From Actinomycetales bacterium (GTDB taxonomy: Bacteria > Actinomycetota > Actinomycetes > Actinomycetales > CAVURS01), in the NCBI GenBank assembly GCA_045807245.1, contig JBJMHS010000061.1, positions 3,054-67,053 of the forward strand: a stretch of DNA of 64,000 nt. The letters run 5' to 3'. The notes under the pieces are model-generated. The model saw nothing but the letters and a program-made list of their open reading frames with translations. It was not told the DNA's origin and did not search any database. Positions 49,562 to 58,271 of this stretch are shown here, piece after piece (position 1 is the stretch's first letter; every line of letters starts with the position of its first letter). Both the position numbers and the translations under genes were made by a program.

Positions 49562-51159
49562 GAGCTCTCCGCCCGTTCCGGCTCGGTTCCGGCGCTGATG
49601 ACGAGGGCATGGTCCTCGTCGGCGTCATGGGCGCGATGATGGTGCTGTCCGCGTTCGCGCTGGCGACGCTGGGCTACGCGCTGCAGAACTCGCAGCCGAA
49701 CCGCAAGGACCAGGACGCCAAGGCGGCCGTGGCCGCTGCCCAGGCAGGCATCGACGACTACCTGTCGCGGCTCAACAGCGACCCGAGCTACTACACGTTC
49801 ACCGACTCGACCAACGTTGCGTTCACCAGCGGCAAGCCGGCATCCGGCACGGTCGGCCAGGGCGCGACGTTCAAGTACTCAGTCCTGAGCAGCGTCGCCA
49901 CGACGGTGTCGCAGGGCTACATCCGGATCAAGTCCACCGGAACGATGAACGGCGTGACGCGCACCTTGAGCGCGCGGCTGAACCCCAACGGGTTCCTGCA
50001 GTACATCTACCACACGGACAAGGAGGACCAGGACCCCGTCCTGTACTCCGGCGGCAGCGCCACCATCGAGGCGAAGTGCAACCAGTACTACTACTACAGC
50101 TCGGCCACCAAGCCAGGCCGCAGCTCGTACTCGCCGGACCCGTGTCGCGAGATCCAGTTCACGACCGGCGACACGATCAACGGCCCGATGCACACCAACG
50201 ACGCCATGCAGATCAACGGCTCGATCCTCTTTACGAGCCCGAAGACCGAGACTAGCTGGGTCACGGCACAGACCAACAAGTGGTGGGGCTCCGGCACGCC
50301 GAGCACCTCGGGCTACAAGCCGGTCTACGCGGCGCCGGTGCAGATCCCACCGTCGAACGCCAGCCTGCTGGCGAACGCGACGACCGCCGGCTGCGTGTAC
50401 TCGGGAGCCAGCAAGATCACCTTCACCAGCGATGGCAAGATGACGGTGCTCAGCCCGAACACCACGGCGTCGTCGACCTGCTACCCCGCTGGCGCCAACA
50501 AGGCCACCCCAGTCGTCGGGATCACCATCCCACCCGTGATGTACGTGCAGGACTTCAGCGGCACGTGCGCGAAGAACAGCAGCGGCGTGACCATCACGCT
50601 CGGCTACCCGCTCTCGGGCGAGCTTCCGACGACGGACGCGAGCTACACCGGTCCCGACTACTCGTGCAACAAGGGGACCGCGTACGTCTCTGGCACGCTG
50701 AACGGGACGTCGACCATCGGCTCGGCTCAGGACATCGTGGTGGTCAGCAACCTCCTGTACAACGACAAGTCGACGACCAGCGACGACCTGCTCGGCCTGG
50801 TCCCGACCCACTTCATGTGGATCTACCACCCGGTGAACACGAGCGACGCGAACATGCTGAGCACCCCGGTCACGGAGGTCGACGCCGCCATCCTCGCCGT
50901 GTCGGACAGCTTCATCGTCCAGAACTACAACCTCGGAGCGCCCATCTCGTCCGGGTCGACGAACAAGCTCACGGTGTTCGGTGCGATCGCGCAGAACTAC
51001 CGGGGTCCGGTGGGCACCGGTACGACGACCGCGGCCTCGACGGGCTACCTGAAGAACTACAACTACGACACCCGGTTCGCGCGCGGCGCCCAGCCGCCGT
51101 ACTTCCTGCAGCCCGTGTCCACGCAGTGGACCGCCGGCCAGATCAGCGACGGCAACTGA
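49558..51159 (+). CDS. Large PilX_N-like pilus-associated protein (no Glu5)
   Basis: GTGA overlap upstream. N-terminus DDEGMVLVGVMGAMMVLSAFALATLG has Gly at +5. The ~533-aa Ser/Thr/Asn-rich body includes GDTINGPMHTNDAMQINGS. Confidence 0.6.
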   Translation: MRALRPFRLGSGADDEGMVLVGVMGAMMVLSAFALATLGYALQNSQPNRKDQDAKAAVAAAQAGIDDYLSRLNSDPSYYTFTDSTNVAFTSGKPASGTVGQGATFKYSVLSSVATTVSQGYIRIKSTGTMNGVTRTLSARLNPNGFLQYIYHTDKEDQDPVLYSGGSATIEAKCNQYYYYSSATKPGRSSYSPDPCREIQFTTGDTINGPMHTNDAMQINGSILFTSPKTETSWVTAQTNKWWGSGTPSTSGYKPVYAAPVQIPPSNASLLANATTAGCVYSGASKITFTSDGKMTVLSPNTTASSTCYPAGANKATPVVGITIPPVMYVQDFSGTCAKNSSGVTITLGYPLSGELPTTDASYTGPDYSCNKGTAYVSGTLNGTSTIGSAQDIVVVSNLLYNDKSTTSDDLLGLVPTHFMWIYHPVNTSDANMLSTPVTEVDAAILAVSDSFIVQNYNLGAPISSGSTNKLTVFGAIAQNYRGPVGTGTTTAASTGYLKNYNYDTRFARGAQPPYFLQPVSTQWTAGQISDGN

Positions 51160-51207
51160 GCCGCGGGCTCACGCACTGTCAACTCGCACTGACCTAGGCT
51201 GACCGGA

Positions 51208-51987
51208 ATGTGGCTCGTGACGGTGTTCTGCGCCGTCGTCGGGCTGGCGATCGGCTCGTTCCTCAACGTCGTCATCTGGCGCGTGCCGAGGGACGAGTCC
51301 GTCGTCCGGCCGCGGAGCCACTGCCCGTCCTGTGGCAACCCGGTGCGCCCGTACGACGACATCCCGGTCGTCAGCTGGCTCGTGCTGAGGGGCCGCTGTC
51401 GCGACTGCGGCCAGCCGATCAGCATCCGCTACCCGCTCGTCGAAGCCGGGACGGCGGTCCTGTTCGGCGTGACCGCCTGGCATTTCGGGCTGTCGTGGGA
51501 GCTGCCGGCGTACCTCTACCTGATCGCGATAGGCGTCGCCCTCGCGCTCATCGACATCGACGTCCACCGCTTGCCCAACGCGATCGTGCTGCCGTCGTAC
51601 GTGGTCGCACCCGTCCTGCTCACCGTGGCGTCACTGGGTGACGGCGACTGGGCAGCCTTGGTACGAGCCGCGATCGGCGGCGCAGCACTCTACGTCCTGT
51701 ACTTCCTGCTCCGCCTGGCCTACCCGAGCGGCATGGGGTTCGGCGACGTAAAGCTGGCCGGCGTGCTCGGGATGTACCTGGGGTGGCTCGGGTGGGGGCC
51801 GCTCGCCGTAGGAGCCTTCCTCGGGTTCCTGCTCGGCGGCGTCGTCGGTGGTGCGCTGATGGCAGCCAACCGCGCCAGCCGGAAGTCGAAGATCCCGTTC
51901 GGTCCGTTCATGATCGCCGGCGCCTATGTCGCCGTGCTCGTGGGCGCGCAGATCAGCGACCTCTATCTCGACCTGTTCGTGGGCTGA
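51208..51987 (+). CDS. pilD: Prepilin peptidase (A24 family) PilD
   Basis: CPSCGNPV...CRDCGQPI zinc motif, catalytic Asp motifs LIDIDVHRLP and GFGDVKL, multiple TM segments. Confidence 0.93.
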   Translation: MWLVTVFCAVVGLAIGSFLNVVIWRVPRDESVVRPRSHCPSCGNPVRPYDDIPVVSWLVLRGRCRDCGQPISIRYPLVEAGTAVLFGVTAWHFGLSWELPAYLYLIAIGVALALIDIDVHRLPNAIVLPSYVVAPVLLTVASLGDGDWAALVRAAIGGAALYVLYFLLRLAYPSGMGFGDVKLAGVLGMYLGWLGWGPLAVGAFLGFLLGGVVGGALMAANRASRKSKIPFGPFMIAGAYVAVLVGAQISDLYLDLFVG

Positions 51988-52141
51988 ACCGGGGATGTCG
52001 CCCGGCCCGCACACCCGTTCGGCCTAGTCAACGGGCCAATCCGAGCGGTTGTCCTCAAGACCCTTGGGACAGGCACCGATCACCCCTTTGACGCAGCCCT
52101 GCCTGGGCTTTGCGAAGTGTCTTCGCGGAAGGGGATACGAC

Positions 52142-53194
52142 GTGGCTGGACGCACTGCCATCGGTCTCGACATCGGGACCTCCGGCGTTCGCGCGGCCGA
52201 GCTGTCGTTCGGCAAGGGTGGTGTCACTCTCGAGAGGTTCGGCCAGATCGCCGTGCCCGAGGGGGCAGTCCGGGACGGCGAGGTCATCGACACGGCGGCG
52301 GTCGCGCACGCGATCAAGCAGCTGTGGTCGCACACCCGCTTCTCGCACAAGAACGTCATCATGGGCGTGGCCAACCAGCGAGTGATCGTCCGGCAGGTCG
52401 ACCTCCCGTGGATGCCGATCGCCGAGCTGAAGGAGTCCCTGCCCTTCCAGGTCCAGGACTTCCTGCCGATGCCGGTCGACCAGACGCTGCTCGACTTCCA
52501 CCCGCTCGAGGAGGTCCAGGGCGCCGGCGGCGCGCGGCTGCTGAGGGGTCTGCTGGTCGCTGCGGCTCGGGAGATGGTCCTGTCGAACGTCCGCGCGGTC
52601 GAGCAGGCCGGTCTCAAGCCGACGATGGTCGACCTGACGTCGTTCGCGGTCCTGCGGTCGGTGGCCAACATCGGCGTCGTCGACAACGAGATCGAGGCGC
52701 TCGTCGACATCGGCGCGCGCGTGACGAACATCGTCGTGCACAGTGGCGGCGTCCCACACTTCGTCCGGATCCTGCTCATGGGCGGCCAGGACGTCACCGA
52801 CGCGGTGGCGAACAACCTGGGTGTCTCGCACGAAGAGGCCGAGGCGCTCAAGCACGAGCTCGGCAGCGGCTCGCACTCCGACAGCGCCGCTGCGGCCGGC
52901 CGGGTGGCCGACGTCACCGCGGCGACGCTCGTGGACGAGATCCGCGGCTCACTCGACTACTACATGTCCTCGACACCGCACGGTCCCGTCCAGCGGGTCG
53001 TCCTGACCGGCGGTGGCTCACGCCTCCGTGGCCTGGTCGACCGCATGGCCGCGTCCACGCGCGTGCCGGTTGTCGTCGGCGACCCGCTGGGGTCGCTGCA
53101 CCTGGGTCGCACCGGTCTGACGGATGACCAGGTCCGCCATGTCCAGCACCTCGCCGCAGTGCCGGTGGGTCTCGCGCTAGGAGCCTCTTCATGA
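52142..53194 (+). CDS. pilM: Type IV pilus assembly protein PilM (actin-like ATPase fold)
   Basis: IGLDIGTSGVRAAEL...VIMGVANQRVIVRQVDLP...DIGARVTNIVVH...VVLTGGGSRLRGL. GTG at 52142 with SD GGAAGGGGA. Confidence 0.9.
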   Translation: MAGRTAIGLDIGTSGVRAAELSFGKGGVTLERFGQIAVPEGAVRDGEVIDTAAVAHAIKQLWSHTRFSHKNVIMGVANQRVIVRQVDLPWMPIAELKESLPFQVQDFLPMPVDQTLLDFHPLEEVQGAGGARLLRGLLVAAAREMVLSNVRAVEQAGLKPTMVDLTSFAVLRSVANIGVVDNEIEALVDIGARVTNIVVHSGGVPHFVRILLMGGQDVTDAVANNLGVSHEEAEALKHELGSGSHSDSAAAAGRVADVTAATLVDEIRGSLDYYMSSTPHGPVQRVVLTGGGSRLRGLVDRMAASTRVPVVVGDPLGSLHLGRTGLTDDQVRHVQHLAAVPVGLALGASS

Positions 53195-53865
53195 GCCGCA
53201 CGAGTGTCGACTCCGTCGAGTCGCTCGCGACCGGTCGGGCAACGCTGCCCCGGGTCAACCTCCTGCCCCCCGAGGTCCACCAGGCGCGTCAGCTGCGTCG
53301 TCTCCAGGCCGGTCTGGGAGTCGGTGTCGCGGCCGTGGCGCTCGCCGTCGGCGGTTTCTACTTCCTGCAGACGCAGGCTGCCGGCGACGCGCAGGAGAGC
53401 CTGAACCAGGTGGCGGCCAAGGGCTCGACGCTCACCGCGCAGAAGGCGCAGTACGCGCAGGTGCCGAGGACACTGTCCGCGATCGAGGCGGCCGAGTCGG
53501 CCCGGCAGAACGCCATGGCGAACGACGTGCAGTGGTACCGGTACCTCAACGACCTGAGCTACGTCACGCCGAAGAACGCGTGGTTCCTCACGGTGGACAT
53601 CTCGCTGAACCAGTCCGGCGTGGTCAACGTGAACCCGGTGGCCCACGCGTCCATCGCCACGGTCACCGTCACGGGCGCTGCCAAGGTGCACAACGACGTC
53701 GCCTCGTGGTTGAACTCCGCGTCCAAGGAGTCCGGCTGGACGGACGCGTACTTCACCAACTCACAGAAGCAAGACATGAACGGTGAGACCTTCGTCCAGT
53801 TCAGCAGCACCGCGAACGTGACGGACGACGCTCTCTCCCACCGCTACGACCGGAAGGCCGGCTGA
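53191..53865 (+). CDS. pilN: Type IV pilus assembly protein PilN
   Basis: VNLLPPEV motif, one TM segment and a coiled coil. ATGA overlap with the pilM stop. Confidence 0.8.
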   Translation: MSRTSVDSVESLATGRATLPRVNLLPPEVHQARQLRRLQAGLGVGVAAVALAVGGFYFLQTQAAGDAQESLNQVAAKGSTLTAQKAQYAQVPRTLSAIEAAESARQNAMANDVQWYRYLNDLSYVTPKNAWFLTVDISLNQSGVVNVNPVAHASIATVTVTGAAKVHNDVASWLNSASKESGWTDAYFTNSQKQDMNGETFVQFSSTANVTDDALSHRYDRKAG

Positions 53866-53866
53866 C

Positions 53867-54553
53867 ATGTCCAACACCCGACCCTGGATCTTGGGCGCTG
53901 CTGCGCTGAGCGTCCTCTTGGCGGTCGCGGGCTGGTTCCTGCTGATCTCTCCGGAGCGCAGCAAGGCGGCCGACCTCAAGAGCCAGCGCACCGCGCAGGT
54001 CGCCCAGAACCAGCAGCTGCAGCTCGACATCGCGCAGCTGAAGGCCCAGAACGAGAGCCTGCCGGCCAAGCAGGCTGAGCTGGCCAAGATCAAGCAGCAG
54101 CTGCCGAGCAACCCGGCCCTGCCGGCCTTCATCCGCGGTCTGACCTCGATCGCGGGCCAGTCGGGCGCCGGCCTCACCTCGGTGTCCCCGGGCCAGCCCA
54201 TCTCGCTCGCCGCTCAGTCCACTGCTGCCGGTGCGGCGGCAGCGCCGGCCGGTCTGGTGGCGCTCCCTGTCACGGTCGTCGTGGACGGCAGCTACGCGCA
54301 GAGCGAGCTGTTCCTGCAGAAGCTCCAGACGGCGATGACGCGGGCCTTCCTCGTCCAGAAGCTGTCCATCGCAGCGCTCGACACGGGGTCGCTGTCCAAC
54401 AGCACGCCCCCCACGCCGTCCGGCAACCTGCTCCGCACCACGATCAGCGGACAGATCTTCGTGTTGCAGGACCAGGCCGCCGCTGTGAGCGGCGCAGCCG
54501 GTGCGGCGGGAACGCCGTCGGGCACCACCACGACCACCGCACCGGCGAGCTGA
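53867..54553 (+). CDS. pilO: Type IV pilus assembly protein PilO
   Basis: N-terminal TM segment, coiled coil (QLQLDIAQLKAQNESLPAKQAELAKIKQQL), and a C-terminal ferredoxin-like segment VTVVVDGSYAQSELFLQKLQ. Confidence 0.75.
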   Translation: MSNTRPWILGAAALSVLLAVAGWFLLISPERSKAADLKSQRTAQVAQNQQLQLDIAQLKAQNESLPAKQAELAKIKQQLPSNPALPAFIRGLTSIAGQSGAGLTSVSPGQPISLAAQSTAAGAAAAPAGLVALPVTVVVDGSYAQSELFLQKLQTAMTRAFLVQKLSIAALDTGSLSNSTPPTPSGNLLRTTISGQIFVLQDQAAAVSGAAGAAGTPSGTTTTTAPAS

Positions 54554-54564
54554 AGGGCTGACCG

Positions 54565-55239
54565 ATGAGCATCATGAGCGGAACCACACAGACGGCGCCG
54601 GCGCCCCCGGCCCCTCCGGTCGATGAGCCGAAGTCGGCTGCCAACGGTCGGCAGCGGCTGTACCTGCTGGTCGGCGGCGGGCTCGCCCTCGTCGTCGTCG
54701 CAGCTCTTGCGTACTTCTTCCTGCTCAGCGGGTCGGACGACGCGAACACCGGCGCGACCATCGCCCTTCCGGCGCCCAAGGCGTCGGCTAGCCCCAGCGC
54801 GTCCGCCGCGCCGGCCGCGCCGCCGCTGAAGACGTTCGCCGGCCAGACAGCCCGCAACCCGTTCAAGAGCCAGGCCCCCGTGGCCGCCGGCTCCGGCGGC
54901 ACGGGCACCTCCAGCGACGTGGCCAACTCGGGTAACACCGGCACGAGCGGCTCCACAGGCTCCGGCACCGGTACGGCGACCGCGCCGTCCGTCTCGTCCG
55001 TCCCGCTGGTCCTGACCCTGAAGAGCGTCAGTGGCACGTCGGGCGCCACCGTCTGGGTCTACAACAAGAGCACCAAGAAGACGGCGCACTACTCGCCCCA
55101 GATCGGTGACACGTTCGGCACGTACTTCCGCTTGACCGGCTTCCTCACCGACACCAGCTCGGGCGACAAGGCGGCCTTGGTCGAGTACGGCGACACGATC
55201 CTGACGCTGTTCCCGGGGACGTCCTCGACGGTGCAGTAA
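54565..55239 (+). CDS. Membrane-anchored PilP-like protein (functional assignment tentative)
   Basis: One TM segment (LYLLVGGGLALVVVAALAYFFLL), an Ala/Pro/Ser linker with ARNPF (PilP-type R-[DNS]-PF motif), a Gly/Thr/Ser tract, and a C-terminal beta segment ATVWVYNK...PQIGDTFGTYFRLTGF...ALVEYGD. It is the last gene of the pil cluster. Confidence 0.45.
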   Translation: MSIMSGTTQTAPAPPAPPVDEPKSAANGRQRLYLLVGGGLALVVVAALAYFFLLSGSDDANTGATIALPAPKASASPSASAAPAAPPLKTFAGQTARNPFKSQAPVAAGSGGTGTSSDVANSGNTGTSGSTGSGTGTATAPSVSSVPLVLTLKSVSGTSGATVWVYNKSTKKTAHYSPQIGDTFGTYFRLTGFLTDTSSGDKAALVEYGDTILTLFPGTSSTVQ

Positions 55240-55276
55240 GTCCGTAGTGAGTCCGGTCCGGGCCAGCCGGACGCAC

Positions 55277-55319
55277 AGCATGAGGCCGATCCTCCACATG
55301 GGAGGATCGGCCTCATGCT
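55277..55319 (+). other. Perfect 19-bp hairpin covering the aroC SD and start codon (possible pil-operon terminator / translational occluder)
   Basis: AGCATGAGGCCGATCCTCC - ACATG - GGAGGATCGGCCTCATGCT. The right arm contains GGAGGA and the aroC ATG (55315). A smaller hairpin GTCCGG/CCGGAC lies at 55251-55272. Confidence 0.7.
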
Positions 55320-56511
55320 TCGCTGGATCACCGCGGGCGAGTCGCACGGACCCGCGCTGGTCGCGGTGCTGGAAGGCCTCCCGGCCGACGTCGCCGTCAC
55401 GACCGACGTCGTCGCGGCAGCGCTCGCCCGTCGACGCCTCGGGTACGGCCGCGGGGCGCGGATGTCGTTCGAGCAGGACGTCGTCGAGCTGACCGGCGGG
55501 GTCCGGCACGGCCGGACGATGGGCGGCCCGGTCGCCATCAGGGTGGGCAACAGCGAGTGGCCCAAGTGGGAGCTCGTGATGAGTGCGGACCCGGTGCCGG
55601 AGGATGAGCTCGCCGACCTCGCGCGCAACGCGCCGCTGACCAGGCCACGTCCCGGTCACGCCGATCTGGTGGGGATGCAGAAGTACGGGTTCGACGACGC
55701 CCGGCCGGTGCTCGAGCGGGCCAGTGCGCGCGAGACTGCGGCACGGGTCGCCCTCGGCTCGGTCGCCTCTGCGTTCCTCGACCAGGCGTTCGGCATCCGT
55801 CTGGTCTCCCACACGGTCTCGGTGGGTTCGGCGGCCGTGGACGACGGCGCCGAGCTCCCGACGCCGGGGGACGTCGACGCGCTGGACAGGGACCCGCTCC
55901 GGGCGTTCGACGCGGCCGGCTCGGCCCGTATGGTCGAGGAGGTCGAGGCGGCCCGTCGCGACGGGGACACCTTGGGTGGTGTGGTCGAGGTGCTGGCGTA
56001 CGGCCTGCCGCCGGGTCTGGGCAGCCACGTGCACTGGGACCGGCGCCTGGACTCGCGCCTGGCGGGTGCGCTGATGGGCATCCAGGCCATCAAGGGCGTC
56101 GAGGTCGGCGACGGGTTCCGCACCGCGGCCCGGCGGGGCTCGCAGGCCCACGACGAGATCGAGCGCGGACCGGACGGGGCGCTCCGGCGCCGGTCCGGAC
56201 GCGCGGGCGGCACCGAGGGCGGCATGTCGACCGGCGACGTGCTGCGCGTCCGTGCTGCGATGAAGCCCATCTCCACCGTGCCGCGCGCGTTGGACACGGT
56301 GGACGTCACGAGCGGCGAACCGGCCAAGGCGATCAACCAGCGGTCCGACGTGTGCGCCGTACCCGCTGCGGGTGTCGTGGCCGAGGCGATGGTCGCGCTG
56401 GTGCTGGCCGACGCCTGTCTGGAGAAGTTCGGCGGCGACTCGGTGGCGGAGAGCGCTCGCAACTGCCGGACCTACCTGGAGTGCCTGCCGGAAGCGCTGA
56501 GGGCACGGTGA
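55315..56511 (+). CDS. aroC: Chorismate synthase
   Basis: [32 protein letters not shown], and the GGMSTG segment. Confidence 0.96.
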   Translation: MLRWITAGESHGPALVAVLEGLPADVAVTTDVVAAALARRRLGYGRGARMSFEQDVVELTGGVRHGRTMGGPVAIRVGNSEWPKWELVMSADPVPEDELADLARNAPLTRPRPGHADLVGMQKYGFDDARPVLERASARETAARVALGSVASAFLDQAFGIRLVSHTVSVGSAAVDDGAELPTPGDVDALDRDPLRAFDAAGSARMVEEVEAARRDGDTLGGVVEVLAYGLPPGLGSHVHWDRRLDSRLAGALMGIQAIKGVEVGDGFRTAARRGSQAHDEIERGPDGALRRRSGRAGGTEGGMSTGDVLRVRAAMKPISTVPRALDTVDVTSGEPAKAINQRSDVCAVPAAGVVAEAMVALVLADACLEKFGGDSVAESARNCRTYLECLPEALRAR

Positions 56512-57053
56512 CGTCCGACATGCCCCGCCCCCGGGCAGTGCTCATCGGGCCGCCCGGTTCGGGCAAGTCGACCGTCGCTCGGGCGCTGGCCCGGCGGCTC
56601 GGTGTGGCGGCGCGCGACACCGACCAGGACGTCGAAGCGAGCGCACAGATGACCGTGGCGGAGATCTTCGTCGAGCAGGGTGAGCCACGGTTCCGCGAGC
56701 TGGAGCGGGAGGCGGTCCTGTCTGCCTTGGCGCAACATGACGGTGTGCTGGCCCTGGGCGGGGGAGCGGTCCTGGACCCATCGGTGCAAGCGGCTCTGTC
56801 CGGTCATCTCGTCGTCTTCCTCGACGTCGGCATCGCGGACGCCGCAGGACGGGTCGGGTTTGGGCAGCACCGACCGCTGCTCATGATGAACCCGCGCGCG
56901 CAGTGGACGGCGCTGATGGAGCAGCGCCGGCCGACGTACGAGCGGCTGGCGACGGCTCGGGTCGACACCGCGGGGCGCACCGTGAAAGAGGTGGTCGACG
57001 AGGTCGAGCAGGTGCTCGCGCGGACCGGTGCCAGGGCGGACCGGTCGCGATGA
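56508..57053 (+). CDS. aroK: Shikimate kinase
   Basis: P-loop [39 protein letters not shown] overlap with the aroC stop. Confidence 0.9.
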   Translation: MTSDMPRPRAVLIGPPGSGKSTVARALARRLGVAARDTDQDVEASAQMTVAEIFVEQGEPRFRELEREAVLSALAQHDGVLALGGGAVLDPSVQAALSGHLVVFLDVGIADAAGRVGFGQHRPLLMMNPRAQWTALMEQRRPTYERLATARVDTAGRTVKEVVDEVEQVLARTGARADRSR

Positions 57054-58126
57054 CCACGCGAATCCCGGTGGGGGCGGGCTCCTCGGCGTACGACGTGCTC
57101 GTCGGGTCGGGCGTGGAGAGTGAGCTGCCGAGCGTCCTCGGCGACGGCGTACGGCGGGTGCTGGTCGTGTGCCCGGTGGCCCTGACCCGCACGGGTATCC
57201 GTATCCGGGACCTGTTGCAGGACAACGGGTTCGAGACCTTCGTGGTCGATGTGCCGAACCGTGAGGCTGCCAAGACGCTGGGCGTCGTCGCCGAGCTCTG
57301 GACCGAGCTCGGACGGCGGGCCTTCACCCGGACCGACGCCGTCGTCGGTCTGGGTGGCGGCGCGGTGACCGACCTGGCCGGTTTCGTCGCGGCGACCTGG
57401 CTGCGCGGTGTGCCCGTCGTGCACCTGCCGACGACGCTGCTCGGCATGGTCGACGCAGCGGTCGGCGGCAAGACGGGCATCAACACCGCAGAGGGCAAGA
57501 ACCTGGTCGGCTCGTTCCATCCGCCGCGTGCGGTGCTGTGCGACCTGGACCAGCTGACCAGCCTGCCGCGGGAGGACCTCGTCGCCGGGCTGGCCGAGGT
57601 GGTCAAGTGCGGCTTCGTCGCCGACCCCGAGATCCTGGGTCTGATCGAGGCCGACCCTGGTGCTACGACGGTGGCCGGGTCGGCTCTGGTGCGCGAACTG
57701 GTCGAGCGCAGCATCCGGGTCAAAGCCGACGTCGTGACGGCCGACCTCAAGGAGTCCTCGCTGCGCGAGGTGCTCAACTACGGCCACACGTTCGGCCATG
57801 CCATCGAGCTGGTCGAGGATTTCCGGTGGCGGCACGGCGAGGCGGTCAGCGTCGGTATGGTCTACGCGGCCGAGCTGGCCCGGCTGGCCGGCCGGCTGGC
57901 GCCGGACGTCGCCGAGCGCCATCGGTCGGTGCTGAGCACCCTCGGGCTGCCCACGGCTTACCGCTCGGACCGCTGGGACCGGTTGCTCGACGCGATGCGC
58001 CGCGACAAGAAGACGCGCGGCGACATGCTGCGGTTCGTCGTCCTCGACGGCCTGGCCCGACCGGGCCGCCTCGAAGGCCCGGACGAGTCCCTGCTGCGTG
58101 AGGCCTACGCCGCCGTCTCCTCGTAG
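57050..58126 (+). CDS. aroB: 3-dehydroquinate synthase
   Basis: [61 protein letters not shown] overlap with the aroK stop. Confidence 0.95.
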   Translation: MTTRIPVGAGSSAYDVLVGSGVESELPSVLGDGVRRVLVVCPVALTRTGIRIRDLLQDNGFETFVVDVPNREAAKTLGVVAELWTELGRRAFTRTDAVVGLGGGAVTDLAGFVAATWLRGVPVVHLPTTLLGMVDAAVGGKTGINTAEGKNLVGSFHPPRAVLCDLDQLTSLPREDLVAGLAEVVKCGFVADPEILGLIEADPGATTVAGSALVRELVERSIRVKADVVTADLKESSLREVLNYGHTFGHAIELVEDFRWRHGEAVSVGMVYAAELARLAGRLAPDVAERHRSVLSTLGLPTAYRSDRWDRLLDAMRRDKKTRGDMLRFVVLDGLARPGRLEGPDESLLREAYAAVSS

Positions 58127-58271
58127 GGCTCGCCGGCGCGCCGGCGAACACGCACAACGGGTAGGTCCGGCCCTCAGGCGAGCCCATTCCGCTCATTGCG
58201 CCTGTTTCGCCCGAGTCGGGCCTGTGGACAGCGCGCCTCAGACAGAGTTGCGAGCACGCAGACTCAGCCGC

